The translations under genes were made by a program, and so were the position numbers. The notes under the pieces were generated by a model, which worked only from the letters and a program-made list of their open reading frames with translations, did not search any database and was not told where the DNA came from. From the NCBI GenBank assembly GCA_039794845.1, contig JAUQVK010000037.1, positions 28,048 to 92,047 of the forward strand: a stretch of 64,000 bases of DNA, written 5' to 3'. Positions 1 through 9,891 of the stretch are shown here, piece after piece. Each line of letters starts with the position of its first letter. Positions within the stretch are counted from its first letter, which is position 1. Source of the stretch: Thermostichus sp. DRC_bins_24 (GTDB lineage: Bacteria > Cyanobacteriota > Cyanobacteriia > Thermostichales > Thermostichaceae).

Positions 1-951
1 AATGCGCTGCGTGCCGCTCTAGACGAAGAAATGGCACGGGATCCCAGTGTGTTTGTCTTGGGGGAGGATGTCGGCCATTACGGTGGATCCTACAAAGTCA
101 CCAAAGACCTTTACAAGAAGTATGGTGAGCTGCGCCTGCTGGATACCCCCATTTGCGAAAACAGCTTTACGGGCATGGCGATTGGCGCCGCGATGACGGG
201 GTTGCGCCCGGTGATCGAAGGCATGAACATGGGCTTTTTGCTCCTTGCCTTCAACCAAATTGCCAACAATGCGGGCATGTTGCGCTATACCTCTGGCGGC
301 AACTTCAAGATCCCAGTGGTGATTCGAGGGCCGGGTGGGGTGGGCCGTCAGTTGGGGGCGGAACACTCACAGCGGCTAGAAGCTTACTTTCAAGCGGTTC
401 CTGGGCTCAAGATCGTGGCCTGCTCCACCCCCTACAATGCCAAGGGCTTGCTCAAATCCGCCATTCGCGATGACAACCCGGTTCTCTTTTTCGAGCATGT
501 GCTGCTCTACAACCTCAAAGAAGACCTGCCAGAAGAAGAATACCTCCTGCCTCTGGATAAAGCAGAAGTTGTCAGAGCTGGAGCTGACATCACCATCCTC
601 ACCTACTCACGTATGCGCTATCACGTCTTGAAGGCGGTGGATAGCCTGGTTCAGGCGGAGATCGACCCCGAGGTGATCGATTTGATCTCCCTCAAACCCC
701 TCGATATGGAGACCATTGCCGCCTCGGTGCGTAAGACCCATCGGGTGCTGATCGTCGAGGAAGACATGAAATCCGGCGGCATCGGAGCGGAACTGACGGC
801 CCGCATCACCGAAGAACTGTTTGACGAGCTAGATGCACCCGTGGTGCGTCTGGCCTCACAGGATATTCCTACCCCCTACAACGGAACGATGGAAGCCGCC
901 ACCATCGTCCAACCGGCAGATATTGTTGCGGCGGTGGAGCAAATGCTCTAG
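1..951 (+). CDS. pdhB: Pyruvate dehydrogenase E1 beta subunit (5' end lies before the window)
   Basis: Frame open from base 1 ([39 protein letters not shown] motifs). Confidence 0.95.
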   Translation, partial: NALRAALDEEMARDPSVFVLGEDVGHYGGSYKVTKDLYKKYGELRLLDTPICENSFTGMAIGAAMTGLRPVIEGMNMGFLLLAFNQIANNAGMLRYTSGGNFKIPVVIRGPGGVGRQLGAEHSQRLEAYFQAVPGLKIVACSTPYNAKGLLKSAIRDDNPVLFFEHVLLYNLKEDLPEEEYLLPLDKAEVVRAGADITILTYSRMRYHVLKAVDSLVQAEIDPEVIDLISLKPLDMETIAASVRKTHRVLIVEEDMKSGGIGAELTARITEELFDELDAPVVRLASQDIPTPYNGTMEAATIVQPADIVAAVEQML

Positions 952-1022
952 TCCTTCAACCCAGCTCTGCAAAATCCCTAGAGGAACCTTGCTAAGATTT
1001 GCATGGCGAGGCTCCCCGGCTG

Positions 1023-2396
1023 ATGCAAGGCGTACTGCTGATCGTCTACATGTTATTTGTCAGTGGCCTGATTGCCGTCGTGGGGGATCGGGTAGGTTAC
1101 CGCATTGGCAAAAAGCGTCTTACCTGGTTCAATCTGCGACCGCGCCACACCGCCGTTTTGGTGGCCGTGGTGACGGGGGTCACCATCTCAGGCCTCACCC
1201 TGGGCACCCTGTTGCTCCTGAACCGCTCCCTCAGCGAAGCCCTGTTCAGCTACACCAGTCAAATTGCCCAGGCGGAGCAAGAGCTGCGCTCCCTCAACCG
1301 CGAAAAAGCCCGGCTGGAAGCAGAGAACGCCACCCTTAATGCCGAGCGCGACCGCCTCAAAATCGATCTCGACCAATTCCGGAACCAGCAGTCGGCAGCG
1401 CAAACCCGCCTAAGCGAAGTGCGGGATCAATTGACCGTGGCCCTACAGGAGCGGCAAGAGGTGGAGGCCAAACTGGCGGCGGTTAATGAGCAGCTGGCCA
1501 ATGTGCAGCCCAGCCTGGATCAGGCCAATGCCGAATTGAGCAGGGTCAAGGCAGAGGTAGAATCGGCCAGAGAGCAGATCGCCACCCTGGAAGCCCAAAA
1601 ACAGGCCCTACAACTGGATCGGGATCAGCTGGAGCGATCCTTGGACGTAGTGCAGGCGGCTCTGACCAATTTGGAAGAACAGAAAAATCAACTGGAACGC
1701 GAGATCGAGCAGTTCAACCGGTTGGCGGTGAGCTTGCGACGGGGAGAATTGGCCATCTTGGCGGGAGAAGTCTTGGCCACAGGGGTTGTCAATGCTCCAG
1801 AAGGGGCAGCACCAGAAGCGATCCGGCAGCAGTTTGAGCAACTGTTGGCCCAGGCGGAACAACAGGCTCTCACCCTTGGATCCCAGCCCGCGCCACCGAT
1901 GGAAAATGCGGTCATGATTCGCCGAGAAGATGTGGATCAAGCCCTAGAAAAGCTGGAAGAACCGGGCAGCTGGGCGGTGCGCATTCTCTCCCTCACCAAT
2001 CGACTCAAGGGTGAACCTGTGCCTGTGCTCGTGCAGATCTACCCCAATCAGCGGATCTTCCCCAAGGGATCCGTGCTGGCCAGTGGGGTGATTCAGCCGG
2101 GTTTGGACGAAAATCAGATCCAACAACACCTGCTGGGGCTACTGAACCAGGCCAATCAGCGCTCACAGGAGGAGGGTCTTCTTTCCAACCCGATCACCGG
2201 TACCGTTGGGGAATTCTCGCAGGTGAAATTTCTAGAAATTGTGCAGCAACTGCGCCAGAGCACCACCCCCCTGAATGTGAAGCTGGTAACCGATACGGAT
2301 ATTTACACTGCAGGGCCACTGCGGGTGAGCTTCCTGATGGTTGAACCCTCTGCCCAGGCAAACCCTCAAACGCGTCAGCGAGCGGAGCTGCCCTGA
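1023..2396 (+). CDS. DUF3084-type membrane-anchored coiled-coil protein
   Basis: N-term GDRVGYRIGKKRLTWFNLRPRHTA with 2 TM helices, then long coiled coil; directly upstream of yqgF as in other cyanobacteria. Confidence 0.8.
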   Translation: MQGVLLIVYMLFVSGLIAVVGDRVGYRIGKKRLTWFNLRPRHTAVLVAVVTGVTISGLTLGTLLLLNRSLSEALFSYTSQIAQAEQELRSLNREKARLEAENATLNAERDRLKIDLDQFRNQQSAAQTRLSEVRDQLTVALQERQEVEAKLAAVNEQLANVQPSLDQANAELSRVKAEVESAREQIATLEAQKQALQLDRDQLERSLDVVQAALTNLEEQKNQLEREIEQFNRLAVSLRRGELAILAGEVLATGVVNAPEGAAPEAIRQQFEQLLAQAEQQALTLGSQPAPPMENAVMIRREDVDQALEKLEEPGSWAVRILSLTNRLKGEPVPVLVQIYPNQRIFPKGSVLASGVIQPGLDENQIQQHLLGLLNQANQRSQEEGLLSNPITGTVGEFSQVKFLEIVQQLRQSTTPLNVKLVTDTDIYTAGPLRVSFLMVEPSAQANPQTRQRAELP

Positions 2397-2849
2397 GTGA
2401 TGACCCCTTCACCTCATTCATCGGATCCCAAGCAGGGCCGAGTGTTGATTGGCTTTGATCCGGGGCGAGACAAGTGCGGCATTGCGGTTGTGCAAGTTGA
2501 GCCCGGGTTTGCAATTCTACATCGACAGGTGGTGGCCGCTCCCGAAGCCCTAGCGCAGCTCAAAGCCCTCTGGCAACACTTTCAGGCAGAGCAGGTAATC
2601 CTGGGCAATCAAACCACAGCTCAGGAGTGGCAACGCCAACTACAGGCGGTGATCCCGCCGGAACAGGTGGCCTTGGTGGATGAGCGCTACAGTTCACAAG
2701 AAGCCCGTCAACGCTACTGGGAGTTTTACCCGCCCCAGGGGTGGGAGCGGCTATTGCCCCAGGGAATGCGCGTACCGGCCAACGCTTACGATGATTTGGT
2801 GGCTTTGATCCTGGTGGAGCGGTATTGTCGTGGGCGAGATGCGGGTTAG
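2397..2849 (+). CDS. yqgF: YqgF/RuvX-family RNase H-fold nuclease (pre-16S rRNA processing)
   Basis: GFDPGRDKCG, VDERYSS, DDLVA motifs. Confidence 0.85.
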   Translation: MMTPSPHSSDPKQGRVLIGFDPGRDKCGIAVVQVEPGFAILHRQVVAAPEALAQLKALWQHFQAEQVILGNQTTAQEWQRQLQAVIPPEQVALVDERYSSQEARQRYWEFYPPQGWERLLPQGMRVPANAYDDLVALILVERYCRGRDAG

Positions 2850-3957
2850 TCGGCGACGGCTGTTACAAGGGATCCTCTTCGGACTGGCACTGGCGGGGTG
2901 CGGGGGGCCGGATCCAAACCTGCCCCTCATCTTGGCCCTCAAACAGGGGATCCCGGGCAGCCTGCTTAACGAGTTTCGCCGCAACACCCAAGCCCGGTTT
3001 CGGTTGCAATTGTTGGATGAGCGGGCCCAATTGCTGGCCTATCTCAGGCAACGTTTCCAGCCGGCTGATCCCGCCTGGTGGGATCCGTTGGGGTGGTTTC
3101 GACCCCGAGTGCCGCTGGCGGCCCTGACCTTGTTGGGAGCAGATGGGTTGGATCGGGCCATCGCCTCCGGGTGGGTGGATCCTGTACCAGGAGAGCTCTT
3201 GGGGGAAAAGTGGGCAAATTTGGATCCCCGCTGGCAAGAGGCGGTGCAACGCGAGGGGCAAATTTGGGGTGTGCCCTGGCGCTGGGGGGTAACGGCGATT
3301 GCCTACCGTCGGGATCGGGTGACAACCCCGATTCAGAATTGGGGGGATCTTTGGAGAGCGGATCTCACGGGTAAAATAACGCTTCCCGATCATCCCCGCG
3401 AAGTGATTGGGTTGACGCTCAAAAAAATGGGCCGTTCCTACAACGATTCGATCAATCCAGAGGAGGCCGAGCTGCGCCAGGAATTGGGATCCCTACACCG
3501 TCAAGTTTTGGCCTACACCTCCTCCGATTACCTCTCCATATTGCGCATTGCCGATAGCTGGGTAGCAGTGGGTTGGTCTCAGGATCTCTACAAAACCCAG
3601 GCCAGTTATCCCGAATTGGAGGTGGTGATCCCCGCTTCAGGGTCTGCTGTTTGGTGGGATCTCTGGGTGCGCCCCCACGCAGATGCTGCAGAATCGACAC
3701 AGCCGGAGGTGGGATCCCTTTTGGCAAACTGGTTTGATTTTCTCTTGAATCCTGAGTTGGCCCCTCGCTGGGTGAATTTAAGTGGGATCCCTTCTGTTTT
3801 GTCCATAGAGCCCGGCCAACTTGCCCCGCGCCTGCGACAAAGACAAGATTTTCAGCCCTCCACATGGGAACGCTCCGAAATTTGGCAACCCCTTTCTGTG
3901 GATCAGGCCAAATCTTATCTGGATCTCTGGGATCAAATGCGGCTGGGGGTTTTATAG
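2839..3957 (+). CDS. PotD/PotF-like polyamine ABC substrate-binding lipoprotein
   Basis: SRRRLL signal, LAGC lipobox, PWRWGVTAIAY, WGDLW..L.GKI, P.SGS..WWD.W. Confidence 0.75.
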   Translation: MRVSRRRLLQGILFGLALAGCGGPDPNLPLILALKQGIPGSLLNEFRRNTQARFRLQLLDERAQLLAYLRQRFQPADPAWWDPLGWFRPRVPLAALTLLGADGLDRAIASGWVDPVPGELLGEKWANLDPRWQEAVQREGQIWGVPWRWGVTAIAYRRDRVTTPIQNWGDLWRADLTGKITLPDHPREVIGLTLKKMGRSYNDSINPEEAELRQELGSLHRQVLAYTSSDYLSILRIADSWVAVGWSQDLYKTQASYPELEVVIPASGSAVWWDLWVRPHADAAESTQPEVGSLLANWFDFLLNPELAPRWVNLSGIPSVLSIEPGQLAPRLRQRQDFQPSTWERSEIWQPLSVDQAKSYLDLWDQMRLGVL

Positions 3958-4142
3958 CCAGACCTTCTGATTTTCCGGTGGAATTGTTAGGAAAATAGAG
4001 AAAAATGCTCCCAATATCAACCCCTGCAGGGTGAAGCTCCTAAGGGTAGGCAAGGGGACGCCTTCATACGTTTTCAGGAAAGCAGAGGGCTGTATTGCCT
4101 AGAATAAAGGTAAAGCTGAGAGTAGATCAGGAGGATCTAAAC

Positions 4143-4736
4143 ATGAAGGCAATTCTCGCAGCAACCCTAGTTGGCCTAGCCGGGATCCCTCTACTCGCCC
4201 CTATGCCCACTGTGGCTCAGCAACTTTTTGAGCTGGGTACCTATCGTTTACAGCAAGGAACAGTTATTCCAGTGGGTAGTCTCAGTAGCGAGGCTCCGCA
4301 GTACTTTTACCCCGATACGGTTTACCCGTTAGAGCTGGCCGTAACCCAGGGTATTTACGATGCTCAAGGCCGATTGGTCATTCCGGCGGGTAGTCGCATC
4401 TATGGCCAAATGGAGCCGGCACCGGGGGGATCCCGCTTTGTGGGCACTTCCATTGTCATCGGTGGCCGCACCTACAGTTTGCGAGCTTCTTCAAACATCA
4501 TTCATGACGAGAAGGATCCCCGTCAGTACTCGGGTGAGGCGATTGTTGGGGATGCTGCCATCGGTGCTGCTGCTGGGGCGGTGCTGGGGGCACTGACCGG
4601 AGGGGTATCGGTGGGGAATGTGCTCGGTGGTGCTGCCGCCGGGGTGGTGATTGGCAATGTCACGGCTCCGCAGGTGGTGGTGCTGCGCCCGGGCCAATCC
4701 TTGAACCTGACTCTGGAAGCTCCGCTAAACCTGTAG
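4143..4736 (+). CDS. Secreted protein with TrbI/VirB10-like beta region and C-terminal glycine zipper
   Basis: AGGAGG SD, signal peptide, VIPAGSRIYG, GAAAGAVLGALTGG..GGAAAG repeats. Confidence 0.55.
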   Translation: MKAILAATLVGLAGIPLLAPMPTVAQQLFELGTYRLQQGTVIPVGSLSSEAPQYFYPDTVYPLELAVTQGIYDAQGRLVIPAGSRIYGQMEPAPGGSRFVGTSIVIGGRTYSLRASSNIIHDEKDPRQYSGEAIVGDAAIGAAAGAVLGALTGGVSVGNVLGGAAAGVVIGNVTAPQVVVLRPGQSLNLTLEAPLNL

Positions 4737-4828
4737 AACGGGATCCCTATGCGGTAACTCTCGTTTAGAGGCTACAAAACCAGCTGCCTGTGATTCACTA
4801 AGGATCACGTTGCTGGTGCTTTGCTCCC

Positions 4829-6361
4829 ATGGCTGCAGAACCCAAGTCCACTCCTCCGATCCACTCCACAGAACACACGTTTCAGGCTAAGGGTGAGCCC
4901 TTCACCTACCAAGCGCTGGCGGGATGGCAAACCCTCTTTGAGCGGGAAAAGCCCGTGGCAGAGATTTTTCATGTGGCCTACTTGAAGCAAGACTCCGACC
5001 CGGGCTCCCATTCGCAGCATCGTCCCCTCACGTTTGTGTTCAATGGTGGGCCTGGGGCCGCCTCTGCCTATTTGCACATGGGGGCCCTGGGGCCGAAACG
5101 GATTCAATTTGGGCCGAACGGTAGTTTGCCGGCTTCCCCGGTGCGCTTGGTGGACAATGCCGAAAGTTGGTTGCCGTTCTCCGACCTGGTGTTTATCGAT
5201 CCTGTGGGGACAGGCTTTAGTCGCGCCTTGCCGAAAGACAAAGACAAAGAGACTGCTGACCTCAGTAAGGCTGGGGAGGCCCCTAAATCAACAGGTTCAG
5301 AACCCGGCGGCAAGCCGGAGGATCCCCCCAAAGAAGCCCCCTTTTGGGATGTGGAGCGAGATTTGAAATCTTTGGGGGAGTTCATCCAGGGGTTTCTCTC
5401 GCGGCACAAACGCTGGCTATCGCCGGTTTTTATTGCCGGAGAAAGTTATGGGGGGTTTCGGGTAGCGCGATTGGCCAAAGAGCTGCAGTCGAAGTTTGGG
5501 GTGGGGTTATCGGGGGCCATCCTGATTTCCCCGGCCATTGAATTCAGCCTGTTAGAGACCAGCGACTACAATCTCACCACCTGGACGACGCTGTTTCCCT
5601 CCTATGTGGCCTCGGCAGCACATCATGGCCTCTCTACCTGGGGCGAGGACTTATCCACCTTGCTCCCCAAAGCAGAAGCCTTTGCCCGACAGCGACTGTT
5701 GCCCCTGTTGGCGATGGGTGAGGCAATGCCAGAAGCCGAACGCCAGGCTGTGTATCAAGAGATGGCCGCAGGGATCGGCTTATCGGTGGAGTATGTCGCC
5801 CAAAAAGGTGGGCGGATCGATATCAGTGCCTTTGCGCGGGAATTGTTGCGCCCTCAGCGACAGGTGGTGGGGCTGTACGATGCTTCTGTGACGGCGGTGG
5901 ATCCCTTCCCCGATCGACCCACTTTTGAGGGATCCGACCCGACCCTGGATGGATTGGATCGCTTGTTTACCGCCGCCATTAATAGCCACTTGCGGGATAC
6001 TCTGCAGGTGGAAACGGAGCTCACTTACCACTTGCTGAATTTTGAGGTGTTCAAAGCCTGGCAATTTACCCAGAAAGGTGAGTTCAAACAGGGGTTTATC
6101 GGGGCGATGGACGAGTTGCGCACCAGCATGGCCCTCAATCCTCACATGCGGGTAAACATTCACCACGGCTTCTACGATTTGGTCACCCCCTATTTTGCCT
6201 CCAACCACTTGGTGGATTTGATGAAGTTGGATCCTCGCCTGAAGGCCAATCTTACCCTACGTCATTATCGCGGAGGGCACATGTTTTACACCTGGGATCC
6301 CTCGCGGTTGGAGTGGTTTTCGGAAATGCAAAAACTCTATCGAGAAGCTGTTCCAAATTGA
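4829..6361 (+). CDS. S10-family serine carboxypeptidase
   Basis: FNGGPG, DPVGTGFS, GESYGG nucleophile, GFYDL, GGHMFY. Confidence 0.9.
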   Translation: MAAEPKSTPPIHSTEHTFQAKGEPFTYQALAGWQTLFEREKPVAEIFHVAYLKQDSDPGSHSQHRPLTFVFNGGPGAASAYLHMGALGPKRIQFGPNGSLPASPVRLVDNAESWLPFSDLVFIDPVGTGFSRALPKDKDKETADLSKAGEAPKSTGSEPGGKPEDPPKEAPFWDVERDLKSLGEFIQGFLSRHKRWLSPVFIAGESYGGFRVARLAKELQSKFGVGLSGAILISPAIEFSLLETSDYNLTTWTTLFPSYVASAAHHGLSTWGEDLSTLLPKAEAFARQRLLPLLAMGEAMPEAERQAVYQEMAAGIGLSVEYVAQKGGRIDISAFARELLRPQRQVVGLYDASVTAVDPFPDRPTFEGSDPTLDGLDRLFTAAINSHLRDTLQVETELTYHLLNFEVFKAWQFTQKGEFKQGFIGAMDELRTSMALNPHMRVNIHHGFYDLVTPYFASNHLVDLMKLDPRLKANLTLRHYRGGHMFYTWDPSRLEWFSEMQKLYREAVPN

Positions 6362-6460
6362 GGGCATGAAATCCTGTTTTGGATAATAAGATCCCCAACG
6401 GAGCAATCCAGTCCCCACAGGTTTGCATCTTTATCAATTCACAATACAATTCCCAATACC

Positions 6461-6489
6461 TTGACACCCAGAATCGATCTTGATACGAT
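6461..6489 (+). promoter_or_regulatory. Sigma70-type promoter of riboswitch/ABC operon
   Basis: TTGACA(6461-6466)-N17-TACGAT(6484-6489) with extended TGn; predicted start ~6496, just before the riboswitch. Confidence 0.75.
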
Positions 6490-6499
6490 TCGGCTGTGT

Positions 6500-6630
6500 C
6501 GGCCAGCCTAATCCTGTTTGTTCTGCGAACCAGAGCGGGGGAACCATTTCGGGGGCCTACTCTGTGCGACTGCCAGAGGGAGCATCTCTTAGCTCTAGCC
6601 CGTCAGCTAACTCCGTCGGCATTAAGAGGT
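6500..6630 (+). ncRNA. c-di-AMP (ydaO/yuaA) riboswitch
   Basis: GCCTAATC..CAGAGCGGGGGAACC..GGGG..CCCGTCAGCTAACTCCGTCGGC matches ydaO core; pseudoknot pair TCTCTTA / TAAGAGG present. Confidence 0.9.
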
Positions 6631-6693
6631 GGCTATGAAGGTGTGGGTTTGTCTTCGCCGGACTTGACTTACCTTGACTAGATACCCAAGGGG

Positions 6694-6720
6694 CTGAGCA
6701 CCATATCTGAGCACCATATC
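6694..6720. repeat. 13-bp tandem duplication CTGAGCACCATAT x2 in riboswitch leader
   Basis: Read directly at 6694-6706 and 6707-6719. Confidence 0.85.
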
Positions 6721-6792
6721 AGGGATCCACTGGCTTCCGTCAGAGATCCCTGGTTTCGCATAGTCACGTCTCTTCACCCCTCAGACCCAATT

Positions 6793-7632
6793 ATGCAACA
6801 TAATCCTCAGCTTGCGGCCCAGGGGCGCGGGTTCAATCGTTGGATCCAAACGTATCTTTTGCGAGAGAAAACCATCTTGCCTGTGGTAGGGTTTGCCATT
6901 TTGTTAGCCATTTGGTGGGTGATCGCTCTCTTTCGCAGTGAGTTGATGCCCACTCCTCCCGAGGCCTTGGTTGCCAATCTGGATTATATTCTCAACCCCT
7001 TTTACCGACGGGGGCCTGGGGATCTGGGCATTGGCTGGCTGTTGTTGGCCAGCTTGCGGCGAGTGTTGACCGGCTTTTTGTTGGGGGCAATCGTTGCGAT
7101 CCCGATGGGGTTTTGGATTGGAATGTCACCCTCGGCGATGGCAATGTTTAATCCAATCATCCAGATTTTGAGGCCGGTTTCCCCGCTGGCGTGGCTACCC
7201 ATTGCTTTGTCGATTTTTAATTTGGCGAATCCTTCCGCCATTTTTGTGATTTTTATTACCTCGCTTTGGCCGACCATCATCAATACCGCTTTGGGGGTGG
7301 CTAGCGTGCCCAAAGACTACATCGATGTGGCGCTGGTACTGGAGATGCCCCGCTGGCGGCGGATCCTCAAGATCATGTGGCCGGCGGCCTTGCCGTATGT
7401 GTTTACGGGCTTGCGGATCAGTTTGGGCATTGCTTGGTTGGTGATTGTGGCCGTAGAAATGTTGACCGGCGGCATTGGTATTGGCTTTTTTGTTTGGGAT
7501 GAGTGGAACCGGCTGAATCTCAGCGCGGTGTTTTTGTCGGTGCTAGTGATTGGGGCAACAGGTCTGGTGTTGGATGTTGCCTTGGGACGGATCCAAGCCT
7601 GGGCAACCCACCGACCGGCCACTCAAAATTAG
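6793..7632 (+). CDS. NrtB/CmpB-like ABC permease
   Basis: SLRRV..GF, LRPVSPLAWLPI, WPTIINTALGV, GLRISLGIAWLVIVAVEMLTGG. Confidence 0.9.
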   Translation: MQHNPQLAAQGRGFNRWIQTYLLREKTILPVVGFAILLAIWWVIALFRSELMPTPPEALVANLDYILNPFYRRGPGDLGIGWLLLASLRRVLTGFLLGAIVAIPMGFWIGMSPSAMAMFNPIIQILRPVSPLAWLPIALSIFNLANPSAIFVIFITSLWPTIINTALGVASVPKDYIDVALVLEMPRWRRILKIMWPAALPYVFTGLRISLGIAWLVIVAVEMLTGGIGIGFFVWDEWNRLNLSAVFLSVLVIGATGLVLDVALGRIQAWATHRPATQN

Positions 7633-7749
7633 AGCGTTTTCAATTCCATCGACAAGACAATTTGTTGGCAATCAGAGGGATGTCCTGGGTGACAGTTCCC
7701 CAGATGTCCAGATCCAAACTGGCCCCACGTTATCTATCGAGGTTTCACC

Positions 7750-9168
7750 ATGACTGTCCTGGCCCACGGAGCAGATCGGGCAAGTGTAGCCTGTCTGTTG
7801 ATTTCACAACCCTATTCCCGCCGCAAGGTCTTGCAGGGCTTGGGGGCGGTGGGGGCTGGGATCCTGACCGCCAAAGGTTACGGAGCTGTACAGGCTGCCG
7901 ATATCGAGCCGGTGGTGGATCCGGGATCCCTGGAAAAGCCCAATTTGACGGTGGGCTATGTGCCGGTCAACGATTGTGCCCCCTTTGCGGTGGCGCATGA
8001 GAAAGGCTTTTTTCGCAAATATGGGCTGAATGTGCGCCTTAGCCGGGAGGCCAGTTGGGCCAATTCTCGGGATGGGGTGATCTTTGGCCGCTTGGATGCT
8101 TCACCCGTGGTGGCGGGGGCGGTGACCAATGCTCGCCTGGGGGCAGAAGGGGCGCGGCGGGCCCCCATGTGCGCGGCCATGACCATCCATCGCCACGGCA
8201 ATGCCATGACCATGAACCCGGCCATGTGGGATTACGGTTTGCGGCCTTGGTTTGAGTATGGGGGGGATTTAGACGCCTTTGGGGGAGACTTTCGGGGGTA
8301 TTTCGAGGGGTTGCCTAGTCAGCGGCGGTTGTGGGCCACGGTACTCAGCTCGGCTATCTATGAGTATTTCATCCGCTACCTGGCGGGAGCCGCCGGGATC
8401 GATCCGATGGCGGAGTTCCGCATCATCATCATTCCCCCTCCTCAGATGGTGACCAACATCCGCATTGGGGCCATGCAAGCCTATATGGTGGCGGAGCCCT
8501 GGAATACGCGGGCCATCTCGGGCAATGAGGGGGTAGGGTTCACCTTTGCCCATGGCAAAGAGATCTGGCGGGGGCATCCCGACCGGGTGCTGGCAGTGAT
8601 GGAGCGTTTTATTGAAGAGAATCCTCGCACCTATCGCTCGCTGGTGATGGCCATGATCGAGGCCTGCCGCTATTGCGATGAACACCGGGAGGAGGTGGCG
8701 GAGTTGATCTCAGCCCGAGCCTATACCGGGGCTCCCTCTCGCTATACCAGACCCGCCCTTGTGGGCCACTACAACTACGGCGGCTTTGATGGACAAGACC
8801 GCACCCGCCAGATGCCAGACAGCACCTTGTTTTTCAACCTGCCTGAGGATTTGCCTCACCCCGAGCAGGATCACTCCACCTTTTTGTGGCAATCGCAAGG
8901 GATCTGGCTGGTGACCCAGGCGGCTCGTTGGAACCAGATCCCGGAGATCCCCGCCGATGTGGAGGAGCGCATCCGCAGGGCTTGGCGCACCGATCTCTAC
9001 CGAGATATCGCTGCCGAAATGGGGATCCCCTGCCCTGCCGAGGATTTCAAACTGGAGCCAGAGGAGGTTTTTATCGATGGCAAGGCCTTTGACGCCAGCG
9101 ATCCGGTGGGGTATCTCAACAGCTTTGAGATCCGAGCCCATCGCCCGTTAGCCTTCTATTTCTCGTGA
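7750..9168 (+). CDS. CmpA/NrtA-family ABC substrate-binding protein (atypical binding residues)
   Basis: Tat-like SRRKVL, LEKPNLTVGYVPVNDCAP, ASWAN, PPPQM, VAEPWN, IW.GHP. Confidence 0.85.
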   Translation: MTVLAHGADRASVACLLISQPYSRRKVLQGLGAVGAGILTAKGYGAVQAADIEPVVDPGSLEKPNLTVGYVPVNDCAPFAVAHEKGFFRKYGLNVRLSREASWANSRDGVIFGRLDASPVVAGAVTNARLGAEGARRAPMCAAMTIHRHGNAMTMNPAMWDYGLRPWFEYGGDLDAFGGDFRGYFEGLPSQRRLWATVLSSAIYEYFIRYLAGAAGIDPMAEFRIIIIPPPQMVTNIRIGAMQAYMVAEPWNTRAISGNEGVGFTFAHGKEIWRGHPDRVLAVMERFIEENPRTYRSLVMAMIEACRYCDEHREEVAELISARAYTGAPSRYTRPALVGHYNYGGFDGQDRTRQMPDSTLFFNLPEDLPHPEQDHSTFLWQSQGIWLVTQAARWNQIPEIPADVEERIRRAWRTDLYRDIAAEMGIPCPAEDFKLEPEEVFIDGKAFDASDPVGYLNSFEIRAHRPLAFYFS

Positions 9169-9277
9169 GTTCAAGGCATGACCTGAAAGCACCTTCTCGC
9201 CGGTTCAATCCAACGCCAAAATCACCCCTCTCACCGCCCCAAGCTGACGCGAACACTCTTCACCGGAGATTTATCCC

Positions 9278-9835
9278 ATGAAAAGCACTCACCCACCCAC
9301 TTTTTTGCGCCCGATTTTGCAACGGCTCCAAGATGGATTAGAGCATCCTGCTTTACATCCGCCTATGCTGGTTTCGGGATCCCAGATCCATGCCCCTCAA
9401 GAGCATCTCAAGCTGGCGGTTGCCTACAACGGATCCCCGCGCAGCCATGCTGCGTTGGATTTGGCCCTGTGGATCGCCCACCAAACCCGCGTGGCCACCC
9501 CACAACTCGTCACGGTTCATGTGGTGTTTGTCGGCTATCCCGGTTTGACAGCCAATGCACTGGCCCAGGCGGATGAGATTTTGCACCAAGCTCGGTCACT
9601 GGCAGATGAATGGCGGGGACATCTGTATACCCATCTGCGCTTTGGGGATCCCGCCGCTGAGCTCAAAACGGTCGTCGCCCAAGAAGGGATCCATTTGTTG
9701 ATGGTGGGGTGTGAATCGGCTCGGCATCCCTTGGTGAAAGGTTTAGCAGATTGCCCCTGTGCGGTGCTGGGGATCCCGTTAGTGTTTTCCGATTCCGGCG
9801 AGACCCTAAAGCCCATGCCAATGGTTGTCGGGTAA
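9278..9835 (+). CDS. Universal stress protein (USP) family
   Basis: LAVAYNGSPRSHAALDLA, LRFGDPAAEL, LLMVG, CPCAVLGIP. Confidence 0.8.
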   Translation: MKSTHPPTFLRPILQRLQDGLEHPALHPPMLVSGSQIHAPQEHLKLAVAYNGSPRSHAALDLALWIAHQTRVATPQLVTVHVVFVGYPGLTANALAQADEILHQARSLADEWRGHLYTHLRFGDPAAELKTVVAQEGIHLLMVGCESARHPLVKGLADCPCAVLGIPLVFSDSGETLKPMPMVVG

Positions 9836-9891
9836 GAAACGGGCCTGTATCCGCCAAAGATCATCTGTCATCCAATTGGGAGAGGTTTTCA

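Noticed and set aside
6496..6681. 61-aa ORF upstream of the permease
   Set aside because: Overlaps the c-di-AMP riboswitch; no protein-like features
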